Below, in pieces: positions 52,820 through 64,000 of a stretch of DNA of 64,000 nt. This DNA comes from Lama glama (taxonomy: Eukaryota). Position 1 is the stretch's first letter. Each line of letters begins with the position of its first letter. Location: the NCBI GenBank assembly GCA_028534125.1, contig CM052816.1:60514001-60578000 (forward strand), given 5' to 3'. The position numbers and the translations under genes were made by a program. Below the pieces are notes generated by a model. It worked only from the letters and a program-made list of their open reading frames with translations, was not told the DNA's origin and made no database searches.

Positions 52820-53574
52820 AAGAGTATAGGAATGAGCCAGACAGTCAATTCCATGAATTATTTTTGAAAACTGAGAAACGACTTGACATAATCACACAAA
52901 CATAACTGAGGGAGGACATTTTTTACTTAATGAATCACTCATCACTGTAGTTCATTAAAACAAAGGGGAAAAAAAGATCTCCAGGAGAACGACAGGGAAG
53001 GTATCAATAATTCCAGACTTCGATAACTGCCCTAAAAGAGGGCAACGATCTACCTAAAATCTTTAAAGAATTCTTACATTTCAGAATCTTACGTAGTCAC
53101 AACATCTCATAACCAAAATTTATTCATCAACAGTGGACATCACCAAGTTAGAAATAAAAAGTCAAAGAAGTTGAATGAACGTTATCTGTAAGCAGCCTAG
53201 GACTATGATATGGTTCGCAGTGCCCAAGGCCTGGCAGCAGCTAAAAATTCGCCACCATCAAAAAAAAAAAAAGCAAGAAGGCAGCCCTGTCACAGCATCT
53301 TCGAACTGAAGGAGAATGTCATGGCCACATACTCTGGCCTCCCCGAAATACCTTTAGAATCTAGAACCACCCTCCACATACACTCTTGACCCTCCCCCCG
53401 TTTTTCCCCCTCTGTGGTACCTATCATCTAAAGCACCGTGTGTCACACTTGTTTGCTTATTGTCACCACCCCTGCCCTGCCCCCTCCCCAGAACACAAGC
53501 TTTGGGAAGGCAGGGATGAGGCTGTTTCATTCCCTGGGGAAAGCCCAGAGGCTGGAAGAGTGCCCAGCACGTAG

Positions 53575-53900
53575 GTACAGTGGCCGTTAGTGCTGCCTGG
53601 ACTGTCCTTGGGCTCTCCACCTTCTGGGCACACCGTAGCATTGTCTTCCTGCCCCCTGTGGATGGATAGAGCCACGTGACAGGGCCTGACCAGCCAGTCT
53701 GAGGAAAAGTGATGCGTGTCGTGTCCTGGCTAAAGCACTTAGCTACAGGTGTGAGAGCCTCCAGGGCCCCCATCCCATTCTGCTTCAGATAGGGCGGCTC
53801 TGTCAGCCTGTCCCGGAGTGGGGACAAGAGCCAAGCAAAGCCAGAACTGATATAAAGCACGAGCAAGAAATAAACCTTTGTGCTTCAAGCCACCGAGGCT
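53575..53900 (+). mobile_element. MaLR LTR (MLT1L/K-like)
   Basis: gagccacgtgac...gctctgtcagcctg...gagcaagaaataaacctttgtgcttcaagccaccgag. Confidence 0.75.
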
Positions 53901-54484
53901 TAACCGATAGGGTAGGTGCTCAGTAAAACTTTGCAGCTGATGTGCCAATACCCCTCACAGAGCTCTGAGCATAATGAGCTCTGAGAGGACCCGTATACTC
54001 ACAACGCAGCCCATCCCAATGAGGAACAACTCACGAGTGCTTCCTGGTATGAAGTCAAAAACTCTTACAGAAAAGAACCATGTGATGGCTAATTTTAGGT
54101 GTCTGGGCCCTGTCTCTTTGGAGCACCCTGACTAATGCAAATGGCGGGACAGGGTTGTTACCCACTCACTCCCTGCCTTCCACATCTGTCTCAAGCTTTC
54201 CTGAAGGGGCCTTTGATAGAACAAGGTCAAGAGAGAGTGACTTGGAGTTATGTTGTGAGTAGTGATCAATATGGGCAAGAGAAAGGTTCGTTTGTCCTAC
54301 AGATGTTTCACTCAGAAGCTTCTTAGGAGCTTCAAGCTCCTTCCAGCAAAGTAGACCTCAAGGATCAAACAGCCTCTCCAGGATGGACCTTAGACTTGGG
54401 AAGAGCATACATGTAGAAGCAGGTCTAAGGGACCAAAGTGTATGGATGGACACGAGGCCAAGAAGAGAGTCTCAGCTGCCCAGA

Positions 54485-55110
54485 TGTGGTGGTTTTATTA
54501 CATGTACAGGAACTCTTTGGTACTCCTTCTTTTAAGAGGTAGACCTTGATAACGCTCCCCTTTTCAGTGCAGGCTATACTTAGTGCTTGCTTCTAAGGAA
54601 TGTAACAGGGCAGAAATGATGATGTGTAACTTCTAAAACTTGGCCATACAAGGCATTGTGGGTTTCTCCTTGTCCTCTCCCTCTCCCCTCATCTCCCCTG
54701 CTAGCCTGTCCATCCATTCCTCCCCTTCCATGTATTAAATACTTGGTCTGGGAGAAGCCAGCTGCCACGCCATGAGGACATCCAAGCATCCCTATGGAGA
54801 AGCCCATATGGTGAGGAACTGAGGCTTCCTGACAACAGCCAGCACCAACAGGCCAGCTGTGTGAGGAAAACATCTTGGAAGTGAATTCTCCTGCCCAGTC
54901 AAACCTTCAGATGACTGTAGCCCTGGCTGCATCCTCATGAATGAGCTCAAGGCAGAATCACACAGATAAGCTGCTCCTGAATTACTAATTCAACAAACTT
55001 TGAGAGAGTAACTTGCTGGATTTGGTTTTGGGTTGTTTTGTTCTTTTTTGTTTTTTTTAAGCAGCTACATTTGGGGGATAATTTCTTAAACAGCAAAGGT
55101 AAGTAATATA
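54485..55110 (+). mobile_element. MaLR LTR (MLT1F-like)
   Basis: gaagccagctgccacgccatgaggaca...gtgaggaactgaggc...ccagtcaaaccttcagatgactgtagccc...taagctgctcctgaatt. Confidence 0.85.
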
Positions 55111-58100
55111 TCAAGTGTTCTTTGGCCTGGGTGTGTGCATACGTGTGCATTTTGTATGAATGGCATGTGCACAGTGACTTTATGCGATGGGCTACATATT
55201 CACATTGATAGCCCAGGTATATGACAGATGCAAGATGTTCAATCAAGTATAGTACTCCCTGGAGTCCCTAACCCTAGGTTTCTTCTTTGTCATACTTAAG
55301 CGTAGAATGGTTCTTCTCTTCACTGCTGTCAAGATCTTTTGAAAATAACCTTCCTTGTACCACAAGTGAAAAGCAGTTTCGTTCCTCTACATCACACCAC
55401 CCATCACCACGATGGGCCTCCTTTCACTTCCGCACGACTCAGGAAACTCCTGAACAGAGAAAAGTAACAGGAATGGGTCACAGCTAATGGTACCTGAATG
55501 TAAGGCTGTGAAATGACTACCTGTGCCTTTCTTTTTCCATATTCTAACTTTTTCCCAAAAAAAGACTTAAAGAATTTGGTAGAATAACTCCAGGAGGAAT
55601 CCCGTCCCCTGACACTAATCCATTGCCAACTGCAGTGGCTCAGTGGTGCTTTCTGCCTTTCTACCTCTCCTCAGAACTTGCATTTGATTCTGTAAGTCAT
55701 TTACTGTCTTATTCAACAGTAATTCAGTGACTGATGCAGAATAAAAATACAGCTCGTATCATGTGTGTGTCAGCAGGCTGGGAGGCACACAGACGCCAAG
55801 GCGCACACGCAAAAGCACAAAAACCCACAGGACACACAGTTGCCAAAGGATTCTCCATCTCCTGACAATTTGCACCTTTTGCCTCTGTCCTAGTTGTGGG
55901 CATAAGTGATAGCAGGGAGATGCTCAATCTAGAACAGTCTAAGGTGTAACTTCTAAAAAAAGTAAAAAGGTTAACTGAGGCACTAAGCCACCCTGGATGA
56001 GGACAGAAAAGAAAGGGACAACAGTGTAAGAGTCAGGTGAGTGAAAGCAAGATGGTGCCAAGGTTTGCAGGGGAGTCCGTCAGCTCCAGCAGAAAGCAAG
56101 CAGTGGAAAAGGGGAAACTAGCTTCTCCAGATTCCCCAGATCCCACAGCTATTGCCTCTAGGATTAAGTGTTCCGTGTCACTGTACCAGGTAGAATAATG
56201 GAAACCTTACATCAGAAGCACTGAAAAAATAAAAGTTATCAAAGACTCCTTTTACTTAGACAAAAACAAAGGTGGTGCATCACTTTTGAAATGGTTTCCA
56301 ATTATGTTCCAAAAGTATGTACTGAATGCTTACCCTCTGTTAAGGTACTGTAAAAAGGAATGGTAGGGTAAAGTGCTAAGTAAACATAGCCCCTGCAATC
56401 CGAGATAGCTGAATCTAGTAAGTGAGTCAACCTGTGAAGTTCTCAGGATCTATAAAAATTATAGCTCTTCTCCCCAAATAAACACATAGGCAGAATAAAT
56501 ACTAACTTTTGCTAACAATTTCAGGCTATCTCTGTAAATCCTCAAGGTCCATGGATCCTACAATAAGTACTTCTTGATCTCTTAGGGGAAAAAATTTGCA
56601 GAATTTAATAAATGTATTACATAGACGTTAACCTAGCCTCTCTTCCAAGCAGTTGAAAACATCACCTTCATTCTTACCAAAAACTAGATATTGAAGAGGA
56701 GAAAATACATACGTTCGTGTAAAAGGAACACTTACTAATATTTCTGGCATACTTTTTTTAGGTAATAGTGATTAAACTAAAATGAAATGTGTGCAATCTA
56801 AATTTTTAACATCTGCATTTTTAACCTCATCCTCATTCTAGGTGCAGTTATTTTGTGAGGTTAGTTTTGAATATAAAACACTTTCTGTAGCTCCAAGACA
56901 GCAAGCAGAACACTTCTCAATTGTTTCAGTGGTTTAAATAATTTTTGGCTCTATTATGAGTAGAAAAAATTCACCAGAATATTTCATTTCTTAGAAAAAC
57001 TCAGTTTTTCTACATCAACTGTATTTATAGTGTCAAAAAGAACACACAAATGGCAAGTGAATTAGGCCTTTCTCATCATTTCTGCAGTGTCTCCAAGAGA
57101 CATGGTCTCAGATACATCGCATAAGCTGTTCTTTAGGGTAGAGCACGGGACACTAGCAGTCTCAGGAAGGTACTCAGGACAGCACTATTCCGGAAAGTGA
57201 AACCCCGGGAAACACTAAGAACACTGATTCATCTTAAACATAAAGTGTACAGATTCAGAGATGAACTATTTTCAGCTAAGCACTCCTATTTATAAAGGAA
57301 TGTAAACTGATACAAAGGAGGGATAAAACAGTTAAGATTAAGCATTTTGAGAGCAATGGAGAAATGGTCCCACTTTACACAGGACGGCCCCAAATACCCT
57401 GGACTCCATCTGAGACTCAAGTGGCTCTGGAGAGCCAGCCAGTGGAAGGTTTGTGGATTATCCTTCCTTACCAGCCAATGACAATATTTACTGAGCTCCT
57501 AACAACTGTATACTCTCTGCAGAGAATGAGTGCTGAAATACTAAAATATTTCAGCTTTCAGGGATTTAGTGGAGAGGGACAGAAAAAAAAACTGTACATA
57601 TACACACAATTTATTTATTTCTATGTGTATTTTAGAAATAAGCAGATATAACCTAACCCAACAGTAACAGGAGTGAAAGCTGCTAAAGGAAGAGAAATTG
57701 AGAGGATGCCATCTCGCTGGATGCTCTTGGACCAGGAATCAAGCAAATTCCCAAAAAAGGTGATGTAATTAAACTATCATGACACATTAACTGAAACACC
57801 TTGTTCTATATGCAGACGTCTGACAGATACACCCCAGTGGTTCCGCAGATAACAGCTGTTCTGATCTTTGGATATTGCTAAGCTGTGCCCAATGCTGCTT
57901 TATAATAAAGCAAGTCATGATCAAACTGAAGTGTTATTATGCATTCAGGCATCTCTTTGGAAGCTCCAAAATGCCTCTCAACAACACTCTCTCACCTGGG
58001 GCGCAACCATGATGTTTTTCCATAAATGAACACATAACCACATCATTTTCAGAGGTGGGCTAATGCCTCTTTTAAGGAGTATGTGTAACTAGGTCACACT

Positions 58101-61011
58101 GCTAAAGACGTACTTGCTTAAAGTTGCGTTGCCTGTTTAGATTAAAATTTGATGTGTTTCTATTGCCAATATCTTGAAACTCTTCAAAGTCAATATTCCT
58201 TTCTAGTCCCAGTTTTCATTCTCTACCACGTTTTAAAGTACTTTTTCCTTTTTGAGAATGTATACGGGTACATAGGGTAAAATGGCATATTGTTAACCAA
58301 TGGCTTCTTTCATGAGAATTTGATTAAGCAGGGGAAATATATAGTAGATAAGCATAAGATAATGGACATTCATCTGATAACCAGCTTCTACAATCTACAT
58401 TTTACTTAGAGACTTTGACAGATATCTGTAATTTAAACTACCTTGATCTTAATTGATTAATGCGAGAAAAATGTTCTACCTTAACTACTATTCAGAATCC
58501 CTTTAAATTACCACCGATCGGCAATCCGTCATCAGCAAATATGCTTGTGTCAAATGCCCTTCTAATGAGCTATTCACATTTTCAAATATTTTCCTCCATT
58601 ACCTAACCAGAAGATTAACACAAGGCATACAACCTGCAGAGAAGGGAGGAAATGAAATATTGGATCTTGGTTTCAATGCGTAAACCCCATCCTGAACAGT
58701 GAGGCGGGGGAAGGAATGTATAAATTGAGAAAAGAATTACCTATTCATCTTCATCAATAGTTGACACCATCATCATTTGGCCTCTAGAAAAAAGGATGTT
58801 TTAATTTGCTGGGAAGAATACATCTCTTCAGGGAGGAGATTCAGGGATCTGACCATGAATAATAATGAAGAGAGCAGAGTTTTCTTCCTGCGTAAAATCC
58901 AGCTCTAGTCTTTCAATCCAAATGAGATTCTAAAAGTTGCAGGTGGAAGGCAAGGGATTCGATTTATTTATTCAAGTCCATGCAGGCATCCTTTATCCAT
59001 ACCAACCAGATCTCCATTTCCTCTCACTCAAATTAACATTAAAACAAAAGGAAAATAAAATAAAATATTCCTATTTGTACTGGCCAGCTTGGAACAACAA
59101 GCCGAGGTTCAAAGAACTACCGCCATTCACAAAGCTGCTCACGGCCCTGCCTCAAAAGGGCCCCTGGCAGGAAATTCAGGCACCACTGACAGAGCCCCAC
59201 TCCTCTGGTAAATGCAAAACATCCTCTTGGCATCAGCAGCTGGCAATAAATCATTCAGGCTCATGCCAAAGCTGGACACTCAGCATTTATTAATTTTAAG
59301 TAAGTTCAGATACCCATTATCAGTTATGGACAATGACAACATGTCTCTAAGCCCACGATTTGTGCTCTGCACCTCAGGAAGCCAAGAGAAAGCAACAACA
59401 CAGCTGGCCTTTGGTGGCTTCCTCATCACAACTGCTTCCCACAGGGGAAAAAAATTTTAGGAGATTCCCAAAGCATGATGCACATCGGGGCGAGAAAATG
59501 AGAATCCGAGAAAAGCAGAGTAACAGGCCCTCAATGTGCAGCAATGAAATGATGTATAAATCAACAGAGGATGATTAAAACACTGCTCTATGAAGGGCCT
59601 GCATAGTTAATATACATTTCATTAAGAAAAAAGAACGCTGTCTTCAGACCAAATGCTTGGGCATGCAGGACACAAGCAAAACGTGCACCACACTGCTTAC
59701 ATGAATAGAATTCCAAGGAACAGAGCTAATCAGCACCGTCATTTCTTTAATGTCATGTAAACAAAGCCCTTCATATATTTCACTTGTAATTTAAATTAAC
59801 ACACGTGCATACTCAAAGACCAGATTTCTAACGTACTTTATCATTTCCCAGGCACACCCCCGCCCCAGCTTCAAAGCCCAGCATCACTGAAACCCATACT
59901 GTTCTTACTCAGATTACAGGACAAAACCCGTAACTAAATACCCCTAATTGCATGATCATTGTCCTCACTCAAATAAAACACACATTTATCTTATCCTTCC
60001 TATATTAAATGGGTCAATTAAGTGCTGGTCCACTTCTCTCTTTTTTTCCAAAAAGCAAATGTAACAGCTAAATATGTTTTTGCTTCAATTAACTTCACTG
60101 GAAATGTAGTAGTGTGTTTACAAAACAGAGCAAAAACAACCAAAAAGCAAATGGTACACAAGGAAAGCCAGGAACCAAGGCAGACTGAGCATTCCCCTCT
60201 CCCTCTTCCTTTCTTAGCTTACCCTACAAATACCTCCACCAGACCTAAATACTGGTCTCTGGGTGCTATTTCTTCAGAAAGTTACATTTAGCACCTACTG
60301 GTATAAAGACAGCCATCATGACTTTTGTCAAGGAGCATTTTACCAACCCCTTCCAAAAGAAACTGAAATTCCTTCAGCCTGTTTTCAACGTTGTACTTAA
60401 AGGGAAAGTGAAAATTGACTCCAGTAAAATTCTTGTGATAGAGGTGTTCTCTGTGGCCTATTTCCATAGACTCCGACCAATGATATCTTTGAGCTAAACT
60501 TGTTCACTATCCAACAGAAATCAGATTTCTTATAGTCATGACTTTTCCATCATTCAAAGGCATCTCATATTAAAAAACTTAGGCTTAGTTATCAGAAATG
60601 CACCAGAAACCTACCATGCAAAGGACTAGAGCAAAGATACTGAAATATTCAAGATTATATATACACTTACATGTAATTTAGAGTGTTTAAAAGCTTTGTT
60701 CACTCCAGGCAAATTCAGAGTATGCTATTCCAAAGAACCAACGTCCTTCAGAAGCCACCTAAAGAACTATCTCAACTTGGATATACTTTGATACCTTACC
60801 TTTCTGAATTCAAGTGCATTTTTTTCATGGAAATTTATCCTCTGTTCAAAGTTTCAGCACACACCAACAGAAGAACTTTGATTTTCAGCTTATTCTATAT
60901 ATGAAACTCAGGTCCCACATCTTCCCTAGTCCTAACTAAAATGACCCAACTAATCTAACGTCAATAATACTTTAGTTACATGAAGAAAATAACAGAGGCC
61001 ATTTGTTTAAA

Positions 61012-61610
61012 CTACAATGAGGTATCACCTCACACCAGTCAGGATGGCCATCATTCAAAAATCCACAAATGACAAATGCCGGAGAGGCTGTGGAGAAAAG
61101 GGAGTCCTCCTTCACTGCTGGTGNNNNNNNNNNNNNNNNNNNNNNNNNNNNNNNNNNNNNNNNNNNNNNNNNNNNNNNNNNNNNNNNNNNNNNNNNNNNN
61201 NNNNNNNNNNNNNNNNNNNNNNNAATGTCATTCTAAGTGAAGCAAGCCAGAAAGAGAAGGAAAAATACCACATGAGATCACTCATATGTGGAATTTAAAA
61301 AAAAAAAAACAAACAAAGCATAAATACAAAACAGAAATAGACTCACAGACATAGAACATAAACTTGTGGTTGCCAAGGGGAGCAGGGGGTGGGAAGAGAT
61401 AGACTGGGATTTCAAAATTGTAGAATAGATAAATAAGATTATACTGTATAGCACAGGGAAATATATACAAGATCTTATGGTAGCTCACAGAGAAAAAATG
61501 TGACAATGAATATATATATGTTCATGTATAACTGAAAAATTGTTCTCTACACTGGAATTTGACACAACATTGTAAAATGATTATAAATCAATAAAAAGTG
61601 TTTAAAAAAG
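61012..61610 (+). mobile_element. Young 5'-truncated L1 (ORF2 end and 3' UTR) with a 28-bp TSD, spanning an assembly gap
   Basis: [33 protein letters not shown] is the L1 ORF2 Cys-rich region; AATAAA at about 61590; flanked by the direct repeat agaaaataacagaggccattt(g/a)tttaaa. Confidence 0.95.
61124..61223. other. Assembly gap (100 N)
   Basis: Run of N read directly. Confidence 1.
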
Positions 61611-62469
61611 AGAAAATAACAGAGGCCATTTATTTAAAATGTTTCCTGTACTTCACTGTACTGTCTACATGTTAGCTCACTTAATCTTCATGAAAAAAAA
61701 ATCAACCAGGTAGGTGGTATTATCCCCCATTTTATAACTGAAAAACCTGAGTTACTTGGTCAGAGAAAACCACAATAGTTTCCAACATGGGCCCAACCCA
61801 GAGTCCCAGAGGGAAACAGCACAAGTGCGGGACCCAAAATCCTGCCATTCTATACATAATGAAGACAGGCATTTAACAGTAAGGACAAAAGGAAAAGAAA
61901 GATGACATCCTTCTCCCTCCCAACTCCCCACCACCCAATAAAAACCCACACAATGTTTCTAGCACAACTAACCACCTGCTCAGCAGAGATATGTTATCTA
62001 GGCAACCGGCAGTGACGTCTTGTGTGTCCTACTGAGAGGTCACTGATTGCCTTAGCATGTTATTTCCTCAATGGAAATGTCTCCATGGTGTCTTGCCCTT
62101 GGAGATAATAGCCTTACTGCCTTCTCCCTCTACTCCCTCCACTGAGTGGGAGGTGTCTAGAGACACGAGACCACAAAGAACTCTGAGGGGGACATCTTGT
62201 CCATTAGAAGATAACCTGAAGAGAACTGGGCAGGTGTTTTCCACTCTGTGGATCATGATCCATCAGTAGAATCCATTTAGCGAGTCAAGGCTAGAACTTC
62301 CAAGAAATCACAATGGAATGAAATAGAAAATATCAGAGTATTGCTCCAGTAGGGTAAAAAACTGTTCTACCTTTCCTTCGGCAACATAGTCTATAATCAG
62401 TTAGCTGTGTATTTTTAGGATGAGTACTAAATTGTGATATAAAATGTATTTCTTACTGTAGGTTAGAAA

Positions 62470-63375
62470 GCTTACTTGACTCCTCTTGCCTTTACCCCTC
62501 ACGTGCAACCACCAAGTTCTGCTGCGATTACTTCCTAAATGTATCCTGACCTCTACACCCTCCCAACCCCTGCTCCCTCACACCACTTCCTAGATGAGGC
62601 CAACACCTCTCACAAGAGCCATTAGAAAAGCCTCCAAACCGATCTCCATTATGTCCCCTTAAATCAACCTCCACCCCTTTGCCAGAATGGTCTATTCAAA
62701 ATGCAGATCTGACCCTGCCAATCTCTCCCTTACAGCCCGTCAGTGCCCACAGAGCCAAACCAACGCTTCCCAGAAACTCCCAAGCATCTACCACGTCCTG
62801 TGTAATGCAGCCAGCTCTCACCTGTCCCTCTGCTACGCTCTTCCTCTGAGACCCAGGCTGACAGCCTTCCTGGAAACTTGCAATGTGTGTAGGTGAATCT
62901 GCTCTAGGCTCCCAGCAAAATCTGTATCTACCCCCACAAAAATCGATTTCCTATGTGCTTCTCTTCAGTTGGGCAAGAAAGCTTTTATCCACTTCCTCCA
63001 GGTCTTTACTCAAATGTTACCTTCTTAGTGGGACATTCTCAGCCTTTCCTGATCACCTTATATAAATTTTTAACCTATGATTGCCTTCCCATTCTCTTTC
63101 CTGGCTCACTCCATTGGCTTCTTTTCTTTATCACTTACCACTAGCTTGTGCATGCATGTGTATGTGTGTATGAACTGTATGTATACATATTACATATATG
63201 CATATACACACGCAATGTTAGACCCATGTATACATATTTGTAACTTAATACCTTGTTTAATGTCTGTTTCTCCAAGTAGGAATAGCAGTCTTTGTTTTAT
63301 TATCACCATGTTCCAGTGCCTGACACATAATGTGCTCTCAATAAATACCTGTTTAATGAATAAATGAATGAATAC
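62470..63375 (+). mobile_element. L2 LINE 3' region
   Basis: ccaggtctttactcaaatgttaccttc...cagtgcctgacacataatgtgctctcaataaatacctgtttaatgaataaatgaatgaat is the canonical L2 terminus. Confidence 0.85.
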
Positions 63376-64000
63376 CATCAAGATCAGATATTACAAATTC
63401 GAGTCCCTAGCACTGATCATTCTGCCGACTGCAGAGTTGGTACACAATAAATGTCTGCATTTTAAAAGGTGAAAATAGAAATGCACGTATGATGCTTTCT
63501 ATTTTTTGGCTCATACTCTTCTCCTTTTAGTAGATACAAGGACACCAAGAAATATAAGGCTAGACAGACCAGTTAGTAGACCAAAAGGAGAGCAGACCTT
63601 TTAGAATATTATACCTAGATAATGGTCAAGCCATCTAAAATATTTAGGGATCTTGGATCTTGGTTTCAATGAGCAATGTCAATACTATATAGAGAAAGAT
63701 TCCTTCATTTGTCATGAAGATATAAAGGTTAAGAGTTTTTAATACCCATATTTTTGGCTTTCTTATTTGTTGATAATAAAACCATTAAAGTTCTGAAGGC
63801 ATTTGAAGCAAATGAATCATCAGGCATCGTATTCTTTTGGGGGAAAGGAGGATCTTACTTGGTAATAAGTCATGGGCACATCCAATATTTATAATCATTT
63901 TGAAAATCAGATTAAGAATGTAAGGAGAATGATAAAATATGCATATGTTCTTGGAGCTTAAAACTAAATCTCACAGATGTACTAAGCAATTTCTGTTGAA

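Larger units (their letters stand above)
1..64000 (-). other. MAST4: Internal 5' portion of the MAST4 gene (part of intron 1, exon 2, intron 2, exon 3, part of intron 3; numbering assumes the long-isoform structure)
   Basis: Two in-phase minus-strand exons match the recalled MAST4 N-terminal peptide. Neither the first exon nor the next exon (KELSLPRRGSF...) is visible in the window. Confidence 0.93.

Noticed and set aside
53354..53866. 170-aa minus-strand ORF
   Set aside because: It runs through L2-like and MLT1 LTR sequence, starts at a non-ATG codon and resembles no protein I recognise.
1..64000. CRISPR array, operon, horizontally acquired or synthetic insert, or other novel system
   Set aside because: I saw no regularly spaced repeats, no long non-transposon ORFs and no compositional island; everything is consistent with ordinary mammalian intron sequence.

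Overview
Mammalian genomic DNA, almost certainly camelid judging by the vic-1-like tRNA-derived SINEs. The whole window lies inside the minus-strand gene MAST4 (microtubule-associated serine/threonine kinase 4). It contains two coding exons of the long N-terminal isoform: 36582-36735 (154 bp, LDHILSPPPMPFRKCSNPDVASGPGKSLKFKKQLSEDGRQLRRGSLGGALTG) and 12067-12191 (125 bp, GRYLLPNPAVGPAWPASAETSNLVRIRSQALGQSAPSLTANL). They splice in frame across a 24.4-kb GT-AG intron. The rest is intron, with young L1 3' fragments, two ERV1-like solo LTRs, five lineage-specific SINEs, old MaLR LTRs, DNA-transposon MITEs, MIR/L2 relics and one 100-N assembly gap. Nearly all other ORFs in the track look spurious. 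I see no convincing previously undescribed system. The most testable oddities are a SINE-donated AATAAA cluster just downstream of exon 3, a 28-bp L1 target-site duplication, a head-to-tail L1 doublet, and substitutions in conserved MAST4 motifs. Repeat family names and human protein comparisons are from memory, not from a search.
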